Source of the DNA: Vitreimonas sp.
GTDB taxonomy: Bacteria; Patescibacteriota; Microgenomatia; UBA1400; PJMF01
Direction of reading: 5' to 3'
Assembly: GCA_035627515.1 (NCBI GenBank)
Contig: DASPLQ010000012.1
Coordinates: forward strand, 1,199,705-1,263,704
DNA: 64,000 bases
Shown here: piece by piece, positions 58,198 to 64,000 of the stretch
How positions within the stretch are numbered: the stretch's first letter is position 1
Layout of the letters: each line of letters opens with the position of its first letter
The notes under the pieces: model-generated
The model's input: the letters and a program-made list of their open reading frames with translations, nothing else
Told to the model about the DNA's origin: nothing
The model's database searches: none
Made by a program: the position numbers and the translations under genes

Positions 58198-59873
58198 GAT
58201 TTAAACTTCAGCCGGCGCTGCTGCTTAGCTTTTTCTTTTTCATAAGCCACTAAGTTTAAGTGGTGAGTTTCTAAAAGACCTGCCGCTAATTCTGCACCAG
58301 CATAGTGAGGCAGAACCACATAACTTGCCCCAGCTTGATACAGCGTTTTTGCTTCTGCTAAGGTTTGAGCCATTGGCAAGACAATGGCATTGGGATTTCG
58401 TGCTAAGACGTCTTTAATAATCAATAAGTTAGTAGCCATATCTGGAATCGTTGAAACTACTAAGCGCGGCTTACGAAGGGGAAGTTCTTCCAAAAACTCT
58501 ACGTCACTCGCATCACCATAGCGATAAGGAATCTCAGCCTCGTTCAAGCGTTCAATCGAGCTGGGATTAAAATCAACTACCAGAAAACTCAGATTGAGAT
58601 CTTTGAAGGCTTCACCAAAAATTCTGCCCACCCGATCATATCCAAATAACACTCCTTGATAATCTTCTCCCACCGAGCCTTTTTGAGTGCGTTTTCGTTT
58701 TAGAAGTTCCAGGAGTTGGAGCACTTTCGAAACGTAGGGGTATAACTTTTCCGAGTATAAAATTAAGTAGGTAGAACCGGCAATCGTAATTAGACCCACT
58801 AACGTAATTAATGACATGGTTTGTTGAGATAAGTGACCGACTTGTAAACCTAAACTCGCTAAAATTAATGAAAACTCGCTAATTTGAGCCACCGTCAAAC
58901 CCGCTAAATACCCTGTTTTACGGTTATAACCTAAGGCATTCATCAATAGAATTACAATAATGGGATTGCCCACTAACACAAACAGTGACAACACCACCGC
59001 GGGAATAACAATACTGGCCAAATCATCGAGCACCATTTGCGAGCCCAACAAAATAAAGAACGTCACGATGAAGAAATCACGCAAAGGCTTTAGACGAGAA
59101 GCCATTTCATCAGCATAGGGAGTCATCGAGAGCGTCACACCTGCGATCAAGGCCCCAATTTCAATCGAGAAACCCAAGATATAAAACAAACTAGCCCAAC
59201 CGGTACCCCATGCCAATGAAAACAAGAACAATAACTCCTGAGATTGCGCCAGAAAACGCGTCAAGCGTGGCAAAATGTAGGTACTAATAAGTAATAGCGC
59301 AATCAGTAATCCCACTCCGATACCCATGGTCACCAGCAAAGTCTGAATAAGACTGCCGGACCCAGCTGAGGTCAATACGGTAATACCAATTAGAATTAAC
59401 GTCGCAATGATGTCTTGAACCAGCAAGAACCCAATGGCAATTTTGGCATAGAGCTTTTGAAGATCCTTTTTATCCGCTAGTAACTTCAAAATAATGATCG
59501 TACTGCTGAAAGTCAGGGCTATCGCCACATAGATTGCTGCCACACGATCTAGTCCTAAAAGCATGGTGATGGCAAACCCGATTGAAGCCGTCAACATCAC
59601 CTGTCCCACACCACCAATCACTGACGTGGCACCAACTTCTTTGACAACCTTCGGGTTAAGATGCAACCCAACAATAAACAATAATAAAACAATCCCAATC
59701 TTAGAAAAAAATTCTAGTTCGTGCTGTGACGTCAAAATATTTAAGGCATACGGACCTACCAAAATCCCTGCCAAAATATAGCCTACCACGAGCGGTTGCT
59801 TCAGTAACTTAGTGATGATCGTCACCACTGTAGTCAAAGCTAGTAAAGCGCTAATTTCGAGAAAAATACTCAT
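58194..59873 (-). CDS. CPA2 cation/H+ antiporter with TrkA-N (RCK) domain (Kef-like)
   Basis: FSSTIII, LLVQD, LRDFF, QISEFS; C-terminal GYDRVG...YGDA. Confidence 0.9.
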   Translation of the reverse strand: MSIFLEISALLALTTVVTIITKLLKQPLVVGYILAGILVGPYALNILTSQHELEFFSKIGIVLLLFIVGLHLNPKVVKEVGATSVIGGVGQVMLTASIGFAITMLLGLDRVAAIYVAIALTFSSTIIILKLLADKKDLQKLYAKIAIGFLLVQDIIATLILIGITVLTSAGSGSLIQTLLVTMGIGVGLLIALLLISTYILPRLTRFLAQSQELLFLFSLAWGTGWASLFYILGFSIEIGALIAGVTLSMTPYADEMASRLKPLRDFFIVTFFILLGSQMVLDDLASIVIPAVVLSLFVLVGNPIIVILLMNALGYNRKTGYLAGLTVAQISEFSLILASLGLQVGHLSQQTMSLITLVGLITIAGSTYLILYSEKLYPYVSKVLQLLELLKRKRTQKGSVGEDYQGVLFGYDRVGRIFGEAFKDLNLSFLVVDFNPSSIERLNEAEIPYRYGDASDVEFLEELPLRKPRLVVSTIPDMATNLLIIKDVLARNPNAIVLPMAQTLAEAKTLYQAGASYVVLPHYAGAELAAGLLETHHLNLVAYEKEKAKQQRRLKFKS

Positions 59874-59977
59874 AGTATTTCTTATCAATTACTTTTCGAT
59901 CATTCGACAAACTATTTTCAAAGGCATTTTGCCAATTGAAACTCTAGTTAATTACATACCTGCTAGCTGTCTCTAGA

Positions 59978-61309
59978 TTATGCTAAGTATTTCAACCATA
60001 AAATACCAAAAGTAATCAAGGAGTTGATGACAACTAAAGGCATAGCTAGCAACAAATACTTCATAAAATTAATGTGAATTTTTTCTTTTTCTGCTTGGCC
60101 AAAGGCGATCACGTTACAAGCTGCTGCAATAGGTGAACCAAAGCCTCCAATCGAGGTACCTAAATTCAGTGCCCACCACAGTGGATACACCCAAATGCCA
60201 CTCGCTTCCATAGCTTGAATCGCTCCCACCATCGTAATGTTGTAGGGGACGTTATCTATAAAGGTCGATAAAAATCCTGATCCCAGGGAAATCAAAAAGA
60301 GCAAAGCTGTTAAATTACCACCCGTTGCTTCAATTAAGCCTTCTGCAAGTAAAGTAATCACATGAGTAAACTCGAGGGCACCAACAACAACAAATAAACC
60401 CATAAAGAAAAAGATAATTTCCCAATCAATTAAGTTACGAAAGACTTCTCTAGGTTCTTTATGGAAAATTAAAATTGATAAAAAGGAAGCACCAATTGTA
60501 ATAGTGGCATTATCCAAAGTAATGCCGGTGAGTGCGGCAATTCTTTCTTTGAGAACCATTAATAAAATACTAATGACCACCAACGGTACACCCACCTTCA
60601 TGATGTATCTGTTTTGAATGGCTTTCAGTGGCTTAAATAAGGCTACATCACTGGCTTTAACGTGGGCTTTGTTAAGATCATTTCGAAAAACAAAGAGAAT
60701 GTATATTAAACTGACCACACTCAGGATCATCACAATTAAACCCGAGTTCTGCAGCACCTCCATGAATGTCAATCCAACAGTTTTTGCCTGATAATAGGTA
60801 GTAGGGTCAGAGATGGGCGTCATGGCACCACCCAGGTTGGCCATAGTCACAATCGTGAACAAAAAGGGAAGAGCCGGCAACTTAAGCTCTTTAATTAATA
60901 CCAATACTACCGGGGCTAAGATCAGGACGGTGGGAATATTGGAAAAGAATGCTGTCATGAATAACGTTAAGTAACCTAAAGCCACCACTAAATGGGTGGG
61001 TTTACCCTTGACTACTTTCACTAACCCAATTGCAGCTGCCTCAAAAACCCCTGACTCCCGCACAATCCCTACTAACACCATCATTCCTATCACAAACCCG
61101 AGAATATCTAAGTTGTGACTAATAAACTCAAAGGCATTATCCTGCGATGAACCTTCTGCCGATTTAAAAACCTGCATCATGATTAAAGTGACGCCACCCA
61201 GCACAGCAACTAAAGCTTTAGGTAACTTTTCGGTAATCAAAAAAAAGTAAACAATTACTAAAACAAAAATTGAAATTACAGCGTAAGTGGTAAGACCAGC
61301 AAGGAACAT
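59978..61309 (-). CDS. ArsB/NhaD (IT superfamily) permease
   Basis: ANLGGAMTPISDP, DWEIIFFFMGLF, FIDNVP, GGFGSPIAAACN. Confidence 0.87.
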   Translation of the reverse strand: MFLAGLTTYAVISIFVLVIVYFFLITEKLPKALVAVLGGVTLIMMQVFKSAEGSSQDNAFEFISHNLDILGFVIGMMVLVGIVRESGVFEAAAIGLVKVVKGKPTHLVVALGYLTLFMTAFFSNIPTVLILAPVVLVLIKELKLPALPFLFTIVTMANLGGAMTPISDPTTYYQAKTVGLTFMEVLQNSGLIVMILSVVSLIYILFVFRNDLNKAHVKASDVALFKPLKAIQNRYIMKVGVPLVVISILLMVLKERIAALTGITLDNATITIGASFLSILIFHKEPREVFRNLIDWEIIFFFMGLFVVVGALEFTHVITLLAEGLIEATGGNLTALLFLISLGSGFLSTFIDNVPYNITMVGAIQAMEASGIWVYPLWWALNLGTSIGGFGSPIAAACNVIAFGQAEKEKIHINFMKYLLLAMPLVVINSLITFGILWLKYLA

Positions 61310-61333
61310 AGGCAGATTATTCGTAATTAATAA

Positions 61334-61792
61334 TTATTTTTTCACGTCTCTCATTCCGTAATGCAGAGCTTTTTTAATTTCGCTTCTCGTCACGACGCCT
61401 AACAACTTTCCGTCATTGATGACCGGCACGATATATAAATCATTTTTTAAGAAATCTGCAGTTACCGCCATAATATTATCGTCAAGGTCCACGGCTACAA
61501 ACTCTTTGCGCATCACGGTGCTAATTGGTTGATCTTTTAGCTGCTGACACATCTCAGTAAAAAAACCTGGCTTATACATAGCTGCTGCCATACGGATATT
61601 TTTGCGAAATTGCCTGGGCACAGTTGCGGCAGCAATATCTTGAAGTGATAAAATTCCCACCACCTTTTTATTTTTATCAATAATTACTAACGCGTTTACT
61701 TCGTCTTTGAGTAATTCTTCGACCGCCTCATCAATAGTAGCTGTGGCTACCATAGTTTTGGGTCGGGGGTGGTAAATTTCGGAAATGAGCAT
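61334..61792 (-). CDS. CBS-pair protein
   Basis: VVGILSLQDI, VPVINDGKLLGVVTRSEI. Confidence 0.88.
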   Translation of the reverse strand: MLISEIYHPRPKTMVATATIDEAVEELLKDEVNALVIIDKNKKVVGILSLQDIAAATVPRQFRKNIRMAAAMYKPGFFTEMCQQLKDQPISTVMRKEFVAVDLDDNIMAVTADFLKNDLYIVPVINDGKLLGVVTRSEIKKALHYGMRDVKK

Positions 61793-61832
61793 GACTAATT
61801 ATTAGAATAGCCAAATTTCTGAGTAAATTCAA

Positions 61833-62324
61833 TTAGTCATTCAGCCATTCCACATATGTACAACCCGTCGGCTGGCGGAACTCGCGGTCCCACCCGGCTG
61901 TGGAACATTTCTTCATCTTTTTACCTTTGTTAGTGGTAAATAAGACCAGTTTTTCACCACATTGCGGACACTCTTCATCCAGTTGTTCAGTAGTATTACT
62001 CAGCCACTCCACATAATCACAACCCGTAGCCACCATATTTTCTCGGTCCCAACCACCAGTACTACATTTTTTCATTTTCTTTCCGGTGCGGGTGACTTGA
62101 AGTTGCAGTGGCGAACCACATTTAGGACACTTCTCATCTAAGGTTTGTGGTTCATCTTTGAGCCATTTTACGTAGGTACAGCCTTCCACCTGATGTGTCT
62201 CACTATTCCAGGAGCCTTTAGAACACCGCTGGAGCTTTTTACCAGTTTTAGTTTCTTCAGGTGGGTTGAGGGGAGCGCCACATTGTGGACAAAGGTCTGT
62301 AAGTGAAGGTGAAGAATTTGACAT
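61833..62324 (-). CDS. Stand-alone protein of three topoisomerase-I-type C4 zinc ribbons
   Basis: Three repeats CPxCG...GKK...CS...W.......GC.YV.W. Confidence 0.85.
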   Translation of the reverse strand: MSNSSPSLTDLCPQCGAPLNPPEETKTGKKLQRCSKGSWNSETHQVEGCTYVKWLKDEPQTLDEKCPKCGSPLQLQVTRTGKKMKKCSTGGWDRENMVATGCDYVEWLSNTTEQLDEECPQCGEKLVLFTTNKGKKMKKCSTAGWDREFRQPTGCTYVEWLND

Positions 62325-62370
62325 AGCAAGTTAGTGTAAACCTCTTGCGCGCATTTGATAAGATACAGTC

Positions 62371-63645
62371 ATGAAATGGCGAGAAATAATTAACAAAGAG
62401 GAACCAGATAAGGCACCCCAAGATTTTAGTGATTTGGTAAAGTTAAGGTTTGCCAAGAATGAGCCTGTCTTGATCACTGGAGCTAATTTTCCCAACCTTG
62501 TCACACAAAAGCCTGAACTCAAAAGCTCTAGAGACAACCGGCATTTTGCTTACATGTTTGAAACAGAAACAATTCGCTGGAAAAGTATTCTTAGTCTCCC
62601 ACTTGAGAAAGTTAGTTATAGCGAGTTGGTAACTCATCAAAATGTGCTTTACTACCCCTCACAAGAAACTGTTACATTAGCCGGTGAGGATTTACAGCAC
62701 ATTCAAACAGCGAGCTCTCAAGAACGACTGATAGCCAAACAACTTTTTCCTCTTACTAAACATCCTGATTTAAACTTTCCTTCTCCTACTCAAACTACCC
62801 AAGACGGCGTTAACATTGCCTTGAGCTTAAAGTGTGTGCTTGATCTCATGACCAATCGCTATGCTTCTGCTGAGGAACTCATCTCACATTTATTGGAACT
62901 CAACTGTGATATTAGTCTCTTAATTGATAGCTTAAGCTTTATTGTCGCTGAGAAAAAAATTCCTGAATGGCAATCAAGTAGCTCTCATCTGGAACTTCAA
63001 AATTCCCTATCTGAATTTTATGAAGTGGCTGCCGAACTACTGTTGATGTGTGCGCAAGTTTCTTTAACTTTACATAACAAGCCCGGAAAGTTACCCGCCA
63101 CTTTTCCCTATGTACAACGGTATTATGAATCCACATACCCCTCTCTAGAGTTCATTCCGTATATACTTTTTAATCACTTGTTATTCTTAATTGAATTACC
63201 AGGTTTAATTAAAGAAAATAATGAGTTTGAGTGGATTAATATAATTAACTCTACCAAAAAATTAATGGGGGAAAGTGATGCGAGCGAAGATAATTTGGTT
63301 TTCGATGTTGTCCTACTGAAATTACAACAAGAACACCACGTTTATACTAATAGAGAAGTCATGACCCTTTTCCAACACGCAAATGACAAACTTAAAAAAC
63401 AAATTTCTGACCTAGTAGAGTACACTCAATTAGTGAGAAGCCTTTGTATGCGTGTGATTTCCTTTTATTCTAGAAACATGTATCTGCTCAATAAAACAAA
63501 GCAAACCGAAATGCAAGTCCAACAAGCATTATCACACCCTGAATATGCTTTAATGAGGCAAGAAATACTTGATTCTGGCGGTAGAGCTCCACTCAAAGGA
63601 CTACGCATTAAATATCGTCATAGGACGAAGGGTAATAAGATTTAG
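62371..63645 (+). CDS. Hypothetical protein
   Basis: 424-aa ORF; TGATAAGAT 6 nt before ATG; no motif recognised. Confidence 0.7.
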   Translation: MKWREIINKEEPDKAPQDFSDLVKLRFAKNEPVLITGANFPNLVTQKPELKSSRDNRHFAYMFETETIRWKSILSLPLEKVSYSELVTHQNVLYYPSQETVTLAGEDLQHIQTASSQERLIAKQLFPLTKHPDLNFPSPTQTTQDGVNIALSLKCVLDLMTNRYASAEELISHLLELNCDISLLIDSLSFIVAEKKIPEWQSSSSHLELQNSLSEFYEVAAELLLMCAQVSLTLHNKPGKLPATFPYVQRYYESTYPSLEFIPYILFNHLLFLIELPGLIKENNEFEWINIINSTKKLMGESDASEDNLVFDVVLLKLQQEHHVYTNREVMTLFQHANDKLKKQISDLVEYTQLVRSLCMRVISFYSRNMYLLNKTKQTEMQVQQALSHPEYALMRQEILDSGGRAPLKGLRIKYRHRTKGNKI

Positions 63646-63699
63646 AAATTACGTACAATTTTAACCAAAGCTTAACTAGCAAAAGAGTATAATAGCCTG

Positions 63700-64000
63700 A
63701 TGCGTGCTATCGAGTCGGTGGTCAAATCACTTAAAGAGTTCACTCAGCTTACAGCCAATAATCTTGGAACTCTCAGAATTCCTGCAAGCCCTCACCACCC
63801 TCGAACTGATAATCCTAACGTGATTACCGATGAAATTCAGCATCTCGGCACATTAAATATGGGTGAATATGACGAGTATCACCAGATTGGCTTTGCGACT
63901 GGCGTCACCACTAACCCCTCACCTCATACTCCGATTCAGGTTGATCATCAGCAATTTTTAAATGCTTTTAACCAGCACTTTCCTCATCAGGATCCAGAAG
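63700..64000 (+). CDS. Hypothetical protein, 3'-truncated by window edge
   Basis: ATG 6 nt after TATAAT; frame open to the end (MRAIESVVKSLKEFTQL...). Confidence 0.65.
   Translation, partial: MRAIESVVKSLKEFTQLTANNLGTLRIPASPHHPRTDNPNVITDEIQHLGTLNMGEYDEYHQIGFATGVTTNPSPHTPIQVDHQQFLNAFNQHFPHQDPE

Overview
Bacterial chromosomal window, genetic code 11, dense coding. Gene content suggests a Patescibacteria/CPR, Microgenomates-like genome (inference; no rRNA marker is present). In order it holds: the end of the F-type ATP synthase operon (atpA partial, atpG, atpD, atpC), greA, class I lysS fused to a B3/4 editing-like domain, serS, secA, a two-component/type IV pilus cluster, riboflavin kinase, prs, a tRNA-binding protein plus archaeal/eukaryotic-type proS, rpsU, eno, pyk, a MarR-RND efflux unit, tRNA-Arg(UCU), tRNA-His(GUG), an accessory block of small genes, murJ and an ion-transporter cluster. 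The main discovery is a pair of T-box riboswitches, one before serS and one before the tRNA-binding-protein/proS operon. Both have textbook antiterminator/terminator switches. In both, the long Stem I is replaced by the same ~45-nt three-way junction carrying a tRNA anticodon-arm mimic (5-bp stem, 7-nt Y-U-NNN-A-N loop) whose central triplet is the cognate codon (AGC Ser; CCC Pro). Other signals: many apparently leaderless genes with an extended -10 box just before the ATG, a very strong SD only on rpsU, an inverted octamer-repeat scar in the atp operon, a phosphothreonine-lyase-like orphan, and an RDD fusion split by an in-frame stop. No CRISPR array, integrase or transposase was seen.
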